From positions 4,424,101-4,488,100 of the forward strand of contig NC_092677.1 of assembly GCF_964355755.1 (NCBI RefSeq): a stretch of DNA of 64,000 nt, given 5' to 3'. Below the pieces are notes generated by a model. That model was given only the letters and a program-made list of their open reading frames with translations. It had not been told where the DNA came from and searched no databases. The DNA is from Antedon mediterranea (Eukaryota > Animalia > Echinodermata). How positions within the stretch are numbered: the first letter of the stretch is position 1; each line of letters opens with the position of its first letter. Both the position numbers and the translations under genes were made by a program. Positions 37,801 through 51,136 of the stretch are shown piece after piece.

Positions 37801-40800
37801 ACATTCATTATGTTTTCTTTCCATTTATAGTTTTCTCTCTCAAATCTTTGGAGAACTGGGGCGAATTTTTCTCAATCGCTGTACACGGATGCCTTACACT
37901 TGAAATAATGCACATTTGCATTATGGTGTGTTATATACTATCAGGTATTGTAATGTTTGCATTTTTTTAAAAATGGATAAAATCACAACGTAAAAACGTT
38001 AGCGTCTCTTTGGTATCACTGGCGATTTATGCGTAGACCGCATGTGTTACGTAACACTTTGTAGTAGACCGTATAAATATGCGCGACGATTATTACAACG
38101 TGCAACATAATAATCGCATATTTAAAAATGTAATGTCGAATAAACAATAACGTCAGATTAGTGTTTCCAATAGAAAATTCTTTTGGAAAAAGTAAACCTA
38201 ACTTTATTATTAGTAAGTTTTGTATTAAATTGTATTAAATAGAATCTATTTATGTTTATAGGACAATTTGGAGCCCTCGAAATTGCAGTTTTCGGTGCTT
38301 TTGACTTACTTGCAGTATATCTTTACCTGGTAAGTTGATGGTCAAATAAATTAATATTTTAACGATTATTCTTATTGTGATTACCATCACGATACGAGAG
38401 AAGAGAGATCTCGAGATGAATCTCTGATCGTCTGAACCTATCACTGTGATGGCACTAGTTACTCTTCGTTTAATATGACTGATTTTTAAGAATGTTACCG
38501 CTGGTGTATGTAGCTTGATGTCGTTACTTTGAACTTTTCTAATACTTTTAGTTGTATTTTATGGAAACGGTTGTTTCACGATATTGTGTAAAAAAGGCCT
38601 ATTATATATTTTCAGATTTTGGTAGGAATAAGTTGTTCCTTAACAATCTTGGTCGGTCAATACTTGGGACAAAATGATGTCAAAAATGCCAAAATTATTG
38701 TGGAGATAGCGTTTATATTTTTATGTAAGTCAGAATTATCAGGTGGGCTAAGGTTTTTCATTTAACAAAGATATCATTTTAATGTGGTATTGAAATGCTA
38801 AGAATAACTGAATAATTATTATGGTTTTTACTATCGTTTCAAACTAGCAGTTGTTGCACTAATGGTATTGATTTTTTTTTTAATTAATAATTATTTTTCT
38901 GAGATGGCTACAATTATTTCCAATATTTAGGTTAAACAAATAAATTTCTTGTAGATTATGTCACAAAACACAAAAACTTTCAAGCTGTAGATTTACGTAT
39001 TTTTTTCTGTGTTTTAGTGGGGCTTGCGGTTGTTATTGGAGTCGCACTCTTCTTGTTACGAGATTATGCTGGATATGTTTACACCAATGATAGGTATGTA
39101 TGCAAATCTATATATAAATTTACGTAAGGGCAAAATTCGGTAAATCGCCCGTTATTTCTAGAATGTTTACTCGATGGTATATAAAGTTGGTTCGTACTTT
39201 CGGTACTGATTTTAACCACCTGATGTAACCCTGTTTACTAATTAAATTGAGTTCGATAATTAGTTATTGATCGATTAAAACGAATTTAGGTTCAACGATT
39301 TGCCCCAAATATGGGTGTTTTTCGATCGTGGTATACACTGTCTAATGGATGTCCGTCTTGAAAAATACCCACAAACAATAATACGAGGATGCTTCGCATT
39401 TTCCTATCTCCTCCTACGATAATTGTTTTTAATGGCTGAAAACCGGTTGAACAGCTCGAGTACAGCATCATAATGTTGAAGACAGGCGGATTTTCTTTAA
39501 AAAATACTATTTTGATAGATTTAATATACGTTTATACAAATGTATTGATTTGCGATGAATGGAACATTCCAATCTCTGTTCCACAACCGTCTATTCCCTC
39601 AGGCGTCGTAAAGGCAAGTACTGTATACTCATAACAGAAATTCGATCCATTTTGGATATAAATTTTGTTTAAACGGATAATGAGCTAGCGTTTTCACTCG
39701 CCGTATATTATGTACACATCTTTATTATTGCAGTTAAACCACCCACATCATCACCCTTCCCTCACTGGCATGAGTAGCGTTGTAAAACCAGTAGAGGATA
39801 GGCCTACGGTACATTGCCCTAAACGCAGAACAACTTTGGTGGGTAGGGTAGGAACCAACTTAAGTATGAATTGGCTCTAAGAAACAATTGAAAACCATTA
39901 GGCCTACTAATTAAGTTGAGTTAGATAATTTAATATTTATTGACGATTAAATCGAATTTATGATTTTCCCTGAATAGAGGTGGTTTTCACAAATTGTTTT
40001 ACATTATATAAACATATACACGTCGTAGTGATGTATCGTTACATGTACTGTACTATTTCAATCGACTATGACGGTGATAGTTTCAACAAAGTATTACATC
40101 GCAATGTTTTACTGTGTGTAGTGGTATATTATTTGTAAAACATGAAAACAATTAATATTTCGTTACTAAATGGATAAAGAATATATTTAAAAAGTGTTCC
40201 TCTTTGCACCCATCCTCTTCCCCATCCCTCAACCCTAATGTTACATACAAAACACAAATTAAGTTTGTTTAAATTTGACTTAAACAATTGGTCTCATTTT
40301 GTGACAAGTTTCTCTTTCGGAAGTAATTCCCAGGGTGCTAATTTTAGTTGAGTACATAAATCACAGTGTCTATTTATTCGTTCCTGTAAACGACATGTAT
40401 TATTGTCCTGCGGTAGGCCTACGTACATTTGAAATCGCCAGTTTTTTAACGCTGAAATTATTATGTATTCGAGAACCATCTGTGGGCACGACCTAGATGG
40501 TATGCGAGCGAAGCGAGCGTACCATCTAGTTAGTATAAAATTTAAAAACGCACTAGGCCTATTTTTTCAATTATAGGCATATTTTTTCAATTATAGACAT
40601 AGGCCTATGTATTCCAAAAATAAAACCCAGTGTGTAATTTCATTGAATTTATTTTTTTTATAGAGAAATAATAACAGCATTTTCAAAGATAATATTTTTG
40701 GCGATGACATATGTTATCTCAGTTACAATCCAGGTAGGCTGTTGATTTGTTTTTAAACTCATTGTTACCTCCAAACTACCGTAACCTATTCAAATGAACG

Positions 40801-42323
40801 TGGCGAAAACTCCCTATTAAAGGGTCTTCACACCTGTTCCGGCACGGTTCCGATCCGGCACCGGCAATCAAACCAAACATCACTGTTTCGTTTTCACGTG
40901 GAACGTCGTGAAAACGAAACATTGAAGGTTTGAACAGGTGTGAAAGACCCTTAACTTATGAAATCACTGATTCTTGTGTCATGTGAGTTGGATGCATCTG
41001 AAATATATTATGTATTTATATTTGTTGTTTATTTCTTATTGCGATTGCATCAGGGGATTGTCAAAGCAATATTACAAGCTATTGGTAGACAGAACGTTGG
41101 AACTGTTACCAGCCTGATTTCCTACTCAATTGCATTAATCTTGTCTGTTGTGTTTGCATTTAAATTGAACTGGAAAGCAATGGGTAATGTATTGTCACCT
41201 TTATCATTATTAGTATAATTAATACCATGAAATTAACCACATTAACATCAGAACTGTGTAGCGCTGTGTACCGTAGGCACCATTTGCATTTAATACCGAT
41301 ATCATTGCCAGCCTTCTTGCAGCAAGAGATAAATTATTCCCAACCATACATATAATTGAATCGCACTTTCTTTTGATATGCCTCTATTTCATCCATTTCA
41401 TAAATTGTTATGGCACTCTCAGCACCCTCTGTTACCATTTACATAAAGCCTGTTTTCCACTATAGGTGAATTTTTTCTGCAAATTGGTAGCGTCAGCTTA
41501 TAGGCCTACGCATGCGTATTCATGTTCCCATCTTCCACATCCCTTTCTGCATCGAATTCTAGTCTCTCGAGTTTTCGTTTCAGCGAAATACTTTTTGTGA
41601 AGTAAAAAAATGACAACCAATTAGAGCTCCGAAAATAAGTTGTTACGCGTTCATGCGCATTCATGCGAATCAAAAAACTCAGCAGCTCGGCGAAAACGTT
41701 GTATTCGCGCGAACAAATTCGATTAGAAGAAAACAGGCTTAAAGAAAGTAAACTTTGTTTACAGGTCTTTGGGCGGGTATTGTGATTGGTGATGGTTTAG
41801 AAGCCTGTATGCTTATTACCTACTTCTTGATGACCATGGATTTTACGAAGGAAGCAGAACTCGTAAGTACTTCGATTGACAGTACATCTTTCAATTTTTG
41901 TTTTCGGTGAAATCTAGGAAATAAAAATGATTGCTTCAAAACATGCTTGTATAAATAACTTAAAATACCTACCTATTTCATAATTACTTTTTAAAGTGCT
42001 TTTCATTGTTGATAACTCTACAAAAGGCATATTTAGGCATATTAATATTAAATAAAACTGTATAAAATTCAACTTTTTTAAAGGCTATCGAGAGGTGTCA
42101 GGAAGATCTAGAAGTGAGCACAGATATTGAGGATGGAAGTGGATCAAACGGAATACAGCTTAAAGTTAAATCAGACGAAAAGTTACAAAACGAGGACGAA
42201 TCGACTTCACTTATTTCAAATACCAACTTCACACTGAGCAAGAAAACAATCATTATTAGGATATTGAATTTTACAATTCCAATTTTGATTTGTTTTGCAA
42301 GTGTATTCATTTATTTGGATTAA
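34835..42323 (+). CDS. SLC47A: Multidrug and toxin extrusion (MATE/SLC47A-like) transporter, paralog 1, ~530 aa
   Basis: 15 exons: 34835-34930, 35403-35504, 35686-35754, 36444-36592 (GC donor), 36978-37020, 37306-37448, 37543-37628, 37831-37944, 38262-38329, 38616-38724, 39018-39093, 40664-40733, 41054-41183, 41765-41862, 42084-42323 (1593 nt). Motifs: FCSRLGKNEMAAITLA, GIYLQK, MGFRGSAIA, SLENWGEFFSIA, VGQYLG, YVYTND, ILQAIGRQNVG, GLWAGI, and a C-terminal 13th hydrophobic helix. Confidence 0.88.
34986..35106. repeat. 19-bp minisatellite, ~6 copies, in MATE-1 intron 1
   Basis: cctcctgaactaccgccta units. Confidence 0.92.
41446..41741. mobile_element. MITE family B-related element
   Basis: aaagcctgttttccacta...attcgcgcgaacaaattcgattagaagaaaacaggctt. 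Confidence 0.65.
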
Positions 42324-43830
42324 AATATGACACACGAGACAACATGTATCATGTGTCACTCAATTTTCAGGAATAATCACTTTCTGATTAGAAGAAAATA
42401 TTTAAATCAGTAAATTTGTTGTTGTTTTTTTCTATTTTTAACTGTGACGTAATCATTAGTAACAACTTCCATATTATAAAGAAGTAGTAAATTAATGTAG
42501 ACATTCCTCTGATTAAACCTTGTGACATGTTTTGATGTAATTCAATAATGTTATGTTATCCAAAAATCTAAATTCAGAATTGGTAAATGAAATCTAGAAT
42601 AAACAGGAAGCCTAAAGAAAGTTAGCTCAGGCGCAAATCCTGATATGGGTCGGCGTATTTACTGTTGTAGGATGTTGAGGAAGCGGGTTGGGTTTGAGGC
42701 GAGGGGAGGGGCGTGAGCGTTGGGTGTTTGGTGGTCGACGGGATGTAATTTCCCTCATTCACTTTTGGACCCGGCGCCATAACTGTCATAAATCCTTCGA
42801 ATGGTCTTGAACACTATTAAACCTGATCGATGCCCATTTGTCAGTGTAAATAGAAATACCAAAATCCACCTTAACACAATTTGGTATAAAGATAACTAAC
42901 AAGATTTTTCTGCTTTTTTGTTTAAATCAGTATTGTTTTTTGTTATTGTCATATTGAAATGTTCATCGTACAAATAAAATAAAAGAAGTTGTCATTGTGA
43001 AGGAAGGTCAATAATGGCCAGTCGGAACAATGGTTCACCATGTAAAATAACAAAGCTAATTAAATGTAAGCGTATCACATAATCTTATATTTATTCATGT
43101 TTTTTTTGTACAAAAACGTTCAGTTATCACGGTACTCATTTGAACCACTTACACAAATAGACTACACAGCAAAGCAATTAGTCTAGGTTCTAAACGGAGT
43201 TTTAACTGAATATTAGTAAAAAGATTATTATTTTGGCACATATGGCGTTTCATACGTGTACTACTTGAGCTTGTAAATTTCAGACAAAAATCGAAACGCC
43301 GACTGGTGGACTAATTTAAAAAAGACAATACATATACAGACTTGGGGCAGAGATGCTACAAGGTACAACAACGTAACTTTGGTTGGGACCCGAAGTAATT
43401 GTAATGACATCTTTTAACATAATTTCTCTAATAAAAGTTTACTATTTAATATTGATTGTGTTGACCCCTATTTGACAGTTTTAAAGTTTTACAATAGGAT
43501 TTGTGATATTCATATGAAGTTTTCTTTTATGTTACTGTAAGCCTATACACTATTCTATTATGATGGGTTTCTCGCTCTGTTGAACAAAGAAAAAGAAAAA
43601 AAAAATTCCAAATAATTTTTCTTACCATAACAATGAAGAAGCAACTACACGGAGAAACCATGCATTGAAAGCGACAACGGCCAACCAGCGCTAAACAATT
43701 GAGATTGAAAATAACTCAAAGTAATGTTTTTGTATTAAGGCAGTGTACCGTAGCATACCAGTGGATGTATTTTGTAAGAATCACAACTAACTGTATAATA
43801 GCATATAAGACTAGAATCAGTTCTGTAATC

Positions 43831-46800
43831 ATGGCCGAAAAAGAGGACACGGATCGCTTGGAAACATTTACATTTTCAGCGTTTAGAAACGCAGTTAAAG
43901 ATATTATCAACGTGGGGTGTTTTTTGGTAAGTTACCGTGTATTTTTTGTTTTACTCTTGTCCTGATTTCTTGAGTTAAATTCGGTGACGTTTCTGGCATA
44001 GTGACATTTTAAATCTGCGAGTTGAGGAAGTGATATATGACCGGTGGAGCTTTCGACAAGTTGAGCCGCCGGCGGTGATTTCTATGAAACGCCCAGTGCG
44101 ACATTTCGCGTAGTCTAGTGATTAAAGTAGTACGTGTATGTATACAAGTTCATCATGGTCTTTAGGTTTATTGTGTTATAAAAATCAATAATATATAATT
44201 ACATATCTCTATTAAAATACTTTGTATAACTGAAGAAGTTGTTAAATACAAAGAATAAATCAATCATGTGTGTTGTTTATTCATTAATTCCAGACATTTT
44301 CAATTTGCCTCGAGTACCTAATGTTGACAGTATCCGTTTTGTTCTGTAGTCGTTTCGGGCAAAATGAAATGGCCGCCGTAACGTTAGCGCAAGCGGTAAG
44401 AATTTTTTTCTCTCATTTTTAAAGTCTCCAATTCAGGGGACACCTCTATTAAGGGATATTCTGTGAAATAAACAAGAGGAATATTATGTATACCTGGGTG
44501 GAGAGAGGCAACGTAAGTAAAGTGTGTATTGCTTTGGAGTACAAGAATGCGAGCGTTGGATTCGAACCCACCATCTCACGATCATGAGCTGTAGTTTCCA
44601 ACACACCGTGTTACACGTTCTTTACATATACCAAGGTAAATTTATATTCAAGGGACACATATGACTTTGTTGGGTTCCAAAGGTACCTCCTTAATAAAGA
44701 TTGTACTGTGTATGTAGGCCTCACTTACACGCGTTTCTTTAACATGTAGTAATCACCCGATTCTGCAGCTGTCACTAGGTAGGTCTTAACTGACCATTGA
44801 ACGTCATCTAGATACGAGTCTAGATCAATAGCCAGATGAGATATACCAATTAGTGACAACTGAAGAAAATGAATGTGTCAAATCGTTGCAAGCAACTTGA
44901 CTTGGCGAAAGCAGTAAACTTAGCATAGATCGTCTTTCAGATCTGACAGCCAATGAAGCGGGACGGGAGGCCAAATTGCTGTCCAGAATATGAATAGCAG
45001 CTACGCAACAATTAGTTGTATTGCAATTTGTTAAGCCATTTAATTATTAAGTTTTCTAAATTCAAATTGTTTATACCTTATATTATGTATTATTTTAAAT
45101 TATAGTGGTTAAGCCTAGTTTGCTTCGTTCCTGCAGTCGGGTTAATGACAGTGTGTAGTACATACTTCTCTGTTGTAAGTATTACAGCTTTGTTTTTTAA
45201 CTGTTACTGTGGGCTTATTTTTAAAATCTTGATTCCCAATCACAAGCAACATTTCAGATGTTCCATCGCGTCGTATTTTATCAAATAACTTTGCGTTGCG
45301 TCTTTAGAGTTATCTATAGAGGTGAAGTATCGCATTAGAAGAATGTAATATCAGGGGTACCCCAGGGGTCAGCTCTTGGCTCTCTTTTGTTTATATTGTA
45401 TGTGAGTGATCTTGAATATGGTATAGAATCTTAAATTTTTCAATTTGCAGATGACAATACCATTTCAAGACCTATCCATGAATTAGAAAACTGTATAAAG
45501 TTACAGAGTGATTTAAATAAGATTTATGAATGGTCCGATGATGTAAGATGTAAAGCAATGTCTTGGATGGCAATGCTAAAACTTTAATAAGCACTAATAT
45601 TACCTTTTATGACTTTATACTGTTGTTGTATGTGGGCACCTACTGAAATATCTCATATGTATAGACTTGAAAGGGTACAGAGAAAGGCCACTAGAATAAT
45701 TATGTACAGAAAAGAAGGAAATTGGGACATTTCATATTTGTACTGGTTAAAGACCCTAAATATTTTTATAATAATGATGGAGTAAGAGCAGTTTTCTGTT
45801 TGGGCTCATGCCTATTACTTGCTCCTGGCAAGATAAAATGTAAAACGTACTCTTAAGAACTTTTGCCTAATAAATATTATTATTATTATCATAATTAAAC
45901 AATTTTCAGAATATTTCTAACGCCGGTAAATATTATTTTACAGGGTCACGGAGCAAACCTCGGACGATCACAAGGAATCTACCTTCAAAAGATGGTGTAT
46001 CTATCAATAATTGCGTCACTCATTTGTAGTGCGATACTTATACAAGTTGACTATTTTGTGCTTATTTTGAACAAAGAACCAGATGTAATTATGTAAGTTA
46101 TAGCTTTTTAAATCAATATAGGTCTACTTTAATAACTTTATTAATCATTTTAAATACGATTGTGTTACACTCCGTTATGCATGAGTAATTAATGAATGAC
46201 GTAATGCATAAATTGGCATAATATAGGCCTATGAGTAAGCATTGTATAACGAAGTCTTGAAGAATGCGTTATGCTTATTGTAAGAAGCTAGACTAGATGT
46301 TGTAAATTAAGTACGAATGGCAATACGGATTCAGCTGAACAGAATTACCTTACAGTTATAAACATTTTAGTGATAATTTTCAATCACTTAAAATTGTATA
46401 TTTGTCTTTGCTATTAGATTGGTGGATATTTTCGTACGGACATTTATCCCAGGTACACTTGTAAGTGACGCTTGTTATAATAGTAATAATAATAATAATA
46501 CAATATATTATTTGCATAATTAATGAGTTCACACGAGGACCTTTCGACTACATACTTCTCCCATAAAGATTGGTTCCAACTAGCGACGCAACGTAACGCA
46601 ATCTACGCCACGTAGGAAAATGCCATTCTAATAATTGTGTTTGCCCCCGCCTGCGTGAAATCAAACTTGCGATGTTTGCAGCACTATTGCGTCCACTTGT
46701 GATTACGCAATACAGCACTTTGCGTCAATACGTCGCTGCGTTGCGTTCTAGTAGGAACTACATTTGAGAGTCACGCCATGTCAGTGCAGCGACAGTGGCT

Positions 46801-49800
46801 GTGCCTAAACTAGAACAACGCGGTCATTACCATGAAGCGAGTGAGTCTCGAATCCTTTATGAGATAACCCTTATTACGTCGGTACATTTGTAGGCATACA
46901 GTTCAGTTTAGTCTCCTAACCCTGATAGGGTTTTGTTGAGGCACCACTGGTGACTTTTTGTCAATCCTCATCCATCGATCTCTGTCCCCTGTAGCTCTTT
47001 GTGAGTCAACAAAGGTCAAACCTGTCCATTCCTTGATGTTGTCTTTCCATTTCAGGCCCGTAGCCAGAATGCATCAGAGGGGGGTTTTCTTGACACCAAG
47101 TATTTTGCGAGCGCAGCGTGCAACTGTAGGCTGGGGGCCAGGGGGCCGCCAAGGGCCCCCGGTCGGGGTCCAGGGGCCTTCGTCCCCTGGAAGCTTTGGC
47201 TCTCAGAGCAATTTCGGTTGTTTTAATAAGCTTATACAGAGACATTTTTTACCTACTAAAATCTGAGTTATGCAGAGAAATTATATAGTACAGTATTATG
47301 GAAGTTAGTAGTACTGATCATGAAATACAGCTTTATTGTTGCAAAAAAGTATATTATATTAGGCCCTTAAATAATTTCTTATCCTATAAACATAAAAAAC
47401 ATATAGTACCGTATATTTCGGTGTACAAGTCGCACCTGTGTATAAGACGCACCCATAACGGAGCCTGAAATATTAGTATTTTTTATGTAGTCGATGCATA
47501 AGACGCACTTATTTCTAGGCCGAAATTTAAACATTTTACAATCAAAACAATGGTATTTTAATAATAAAACAACGATATTTGAGACATATTTATTAGAATC
47601 AAATGATATAATTTTGTTTGATTGCCTTTATTACATCGTAATCAGTCTCTACTTCAACTGAACGTTCAATGAAAAGGGAAATCCCCATATTGTTTCAGTT
47701 ACGATGCACTGTGTGGGTAGGGCTAGCCTATGTCTATTTAGGCCTAAGTAACTTTAATTTCATATTATTTAAATATATACCTTCTTATTGTGTGTATGAC
47801 CATTATAAAATCAATCCAAATGATGTTCAGTTTTTTGGGCTGATAATGAACCAGGAATATCATGTTGGGTAGGCCTATATGAAAATCTTTCCTATTTCCA
47901 TGCATGCATTACAGCAATATGAGGAGAGGAGAGCACTAACCATGTGCTCCTTGCCTGGTGTCCAGCACTGTTGGCCATATACACTATGAGATTAGGGGAA
48001 GACTTAACACAATAACAACACACTCTTTTAGATATCGCTTGACATACGAACTATTGCCTACATGATTATAAAATTATGTGATTGCTGACATAGAGATGTA
48101 ATAAAAATAAACCACTGTGATCAAGGGAAATAGTTATTGTGTAATTAAAATGTGACACCACCGTAATTAATGGACTCTTCCATAAATGTGTTGCGCACCC
48201 GCGCGTTCAGAGAGTATTACTAGGCCTGGGTAGAATATCTAATGCGTACTGTAATATTAATACAGTCGAGGATGACAATTTACCTTAACTAAAAATTCAA
48301 TAAACTTGTTACCACACTGTGGTTAGACAGAAGTGAGTAACTAGCTAGGCCTACATTGCAGAGTAGTACACTATTTTTAATTAATTTAAGTATTAGTAGG
48401 TAATTAAATTAATTAGGGTAACATTTAGAGGTCAAATTTGCGTGTCAAAAGTGCGTCTTATACACCGAAATATTCGGTAGGCCTACGTACACGTACCAAT
48501 TTAACTCAGCACCATTTTTATTCAAGTTTACACAGTGAAATTCTTTGGTTTAATGAAAAATATTTCCAGGAAAAAAATAAAAATCCCCAAAAAGATTGAA
48601 CTGAACTGAACGTGATCTTGTGCGTTCCGAAAAGCCCGGCCAAAGCACGCGATTGGTCAGTCCATTTTTCTGTCATATTTATAACCATCATTTGTCAACA
48701 ATCTCTCGATCTGACGCTCAGCAGTGACTTTGACATCGGACAATCTGTATATTCGATCGATTTAAAAATAGTCAATAGAAGTATAGTAAAATGACCAAAA
48801 AATCTGCTATAATTGATAATTAATTGCACGATTTTGGAAGCGGGGCCTTTGTTTTTCAAGGGGGGTTCGCTGGTAAAAGGGGGGTTCGCGCAAAAAAAGG
48901 GGGGGGGGGGTTCGCCCGAACCCCAAAAAACCCCCCTGGCTACGGGCTCTGCCTCTTCTTTTCCCTTCTGGTACGGTACCCTGTAGGATGGTATTGGCCA
49001 GCCCACTATATCTCGACACGTGTACCACTCCAGCCTCCTACTTTTCACAATCGATAGCAGGTAGGCATACACTATGATAAGAAATAGAGTGGTTTTAATT
49101 TACTTCTACGTGTTAATGTCTGGTGGGAAGAGCCACTTATTTCTATTCAATTTCATTGCTTAATACAAGATATAATGTATCTCGTTTATTTTATAAGAAT
49201 TTAAGCGTAATAGTTTTGTGTTTTGTGTATGTTGATTGTAGGCTGCGTTTTTGACATTTGGTCTTAGTCGAACATTACAGTGCAGGAATAAAATGGCCGT
49301 CACGGCAGTAGCAGCTACCATCGGTTTAGGTTCTGATGTGTTACTTAATTATATGCTAGTGTATGTGCTGGACATGGGATTCAGGTAAGTGTAGGCCTAC
49401 AGCAAAATTATGACATTTACATTTTAGGCCTATTAATGTTTGTAGAATATATAGACGAAATGTACCACGAAATTAAGTTGAAGCATGCGTACACTTTTAT
49501 TATAGTGCAGATAATTAAACATAAACATTCTCTTGATATAGAGGATCGGCTATTGCTGTGGTTGTGGCACAATACATTAATTGTATCATATTAGCAGTAT
49601 ATGTATACAAGTACGAAGATCTTGAGTGTAAGTCTATTATTTTCACTTAGCTAAATGGGGCGTGTAGTTTATCTAACTATTTTGAAGGTATTTGAAGTAT
49701 AAGTATGGCACGCCATGTTTGTCAACATTATTTTCTTCTTACGAATCACTAAGATTTATCATCTCTTGTTCGTAATTTCAACTATTACAAAAAATTGTAT

Positions 49801-50439
49801 CAACAGTTTTTTCTCTCAAATCTTTGGAGAACTGGGGTGAATTTTTCTCAATCGCCGTACACGGATGTCTTAACCTCGAAATAATGCAGTTTGCCATTGT
49901 GATTTCTTATATACTAGCAGGTATTGTAATTTTAACAACATTTGGTCAACATTTTTGTTGATTGTGTCCGTCCGTTCAAAAAGATGGTGTATCTATCAAT
50001 AATTGCGTCACTCCTTTGTAATGCGATACTTATACAAGTTGACTATTTTGTGCTTATTTTGAACAAAGAACCAGATGTAATTATGTAAGTTATAACTTTT
50101 TTAATCAATATAGGTCTACTTTAACCACTTTATTAATCATTTTAAATACGATTGTGATGGCGCTAGTTACACTCCGTTATGCATGAGTAATAATGAATGA
50201 TGTAATGCATAAATGGGCCTAAGCATTGTACAACGAAGTCCGGTAATGCGTTATGCTAATTGTAACAAGCTAGCTTCAGGGCATATTTATCGTAAACTTT
50301 TGTGGAAGGAGCAGGCAACTTTCTCGAGTTCCTTAGCAGAATGGACATTTTTAGTATACTTATTTTTATAGGACAATTTGGAACTCTTGGAATTGCAGTT
50401 GTAGGTGCTTTTGACATACTTGCATTGTATGTTTATCTC
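43831..50439 (+). CDS. SLC47A: MATE/SLC47A-like transporter, paralog 2 (exons 1-9; remaining exons are not in the window)
   Basis: Exons 43831-43926, 44294-44395, 45106-45174, 45944-46092, 46418-46460, 49242-49384, 49542-49627, 49807-49920, 50372-50439. Exon lengths and phases are identical to paralog 1 and I saw no stop codons. Intron 9 is filled by more than 13 kb of TEs. Confidence 0.82.
44488..44592 (-). mobile_element. tRNA-derived CORE-type SINE fragment
   Basis: The minus strand has a B-box gggttcgaatcc followed by acactttac..tgcctctctccacccaggta. Confidence 0.6.
45351..45760 (+). mobile_element. Decayed CR1/L2-type LINE reverse transcriptase fragment
   Basis: Broken frames encode SGVPQGSALGSLLFILYVSDL, FQFADD, LQSDLNKIYEWS and LERVQRKATRII. 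Confidence 0.8.
47053..48951. mobile_element. Non-autonomous CAGG-TIR (hAT-like) element in MATE-2 intron 5
   Basis: caggcccgtagccag (47053)...ctggctacgggctctg (48951), with GC-rich subterminal regions. It shares termini with the 54320-55385 element. No TSD is recognisable. Confidence 0.65.
47409..48477. mobile_element. pogo/Tigger-like MITE with TA TSD, nested in the CAGG-TIR element
   Basis: ta|ccgtatatttcggtgtacaagtcgcac...gtgcgtcttatacaccgaaatattcgg|ta. Confidence 0.8.
49975..50272 (+). pseudogene. Displaced duplicate of the 3' part of MATE-2 exon 4 plus the start of intron 4, lying in intron 8
   Basis: ttcaaaaagatggtgtatctatcaataattgcg...ccagatgtaattat|gtaagt... matches 45984-~46290 with few changes. 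It lacks the original acceptor. Confidence 0.9.
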
Positions 50440-50547
50440 GTAAGTATGGTTCTTGTTAACAATAAATAATTATAAGTCAAACAGATTCCATAGTTCAACA
50501 TGTACATTCTAGTATAGAAATCGGCTTCGCTTCGGTTACTCATGGAC

Positions 50548-50798
50548 AATTGAAAATTAAACGAGACTTACCTGTAAGTTGAAGTTTAATTGTAATTCTA
50601 TGAGTCATCAGCCGGGAGTGGAGGAGTTGTACGAGAGAGAGTACCGCGCATGCGTATGCCAGTCTTTAGAGCAGAATACAGGCTCAGTGAGGAGAGTGGA
50701 GGAGTCTGGGTCAGGGCCAAACCTCCACTCCCGGCTGATGACTCATAGAATTACAATTAAACTTCAACTTACAGGTAAGTCTCGTTTAATTTTCAATT
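50548..50798. repeat. Perfect 77-bp inverted repeat (DIRS 3' terminus and internal complementary region)
   Basis: 50548-50624 (aattgaaaattaaacgagacttacctgtaag...cagccgggagtggagg) is the reverse complement of 50722-50798. Confidence 0.92.
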
Positions 50799-51136
50799 CT
50801 ATTTCGTCATCAGCCTATGTCGCTACGGAGTAGTACGAGACTTTAGAGCACAGTGAGCCAGTATTCGCAAAACGGTGGAAAAACAGATTAATAAACAAAT
50901 TAACAGTCATTCAAGTCGTTTACATTCTTTTCAATAGAAAACATTTTATTACCACAAAACTATGTAGTACGATACTTTAGTCTGTAAACAATTAACTGAA
51001 ATCACTGTATTTCCTGTATTATACACTGCTTACAGGAAAAATAACATTCAGGTAATAACACTGTAAAACATACCTTTGGATAGTAACTATAAGAAACATT
51101 AACTTTAAACAATGCAAACATGGTTTCAATAACACT

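Noticed and set aside
46958-49072. GC-rich ORFs at 46958-47266 and 48695-49072
   Set aside because: They arise from GC-rich subterminal sequence of a non-autonomous DNA transposon.
3942-50439. Functional linkage between the channel pair and the MATE pair
   Set aside because: Adjacency in an animal genome is not evidence of shared function, and conserved synteny cannot be assessed from this window.
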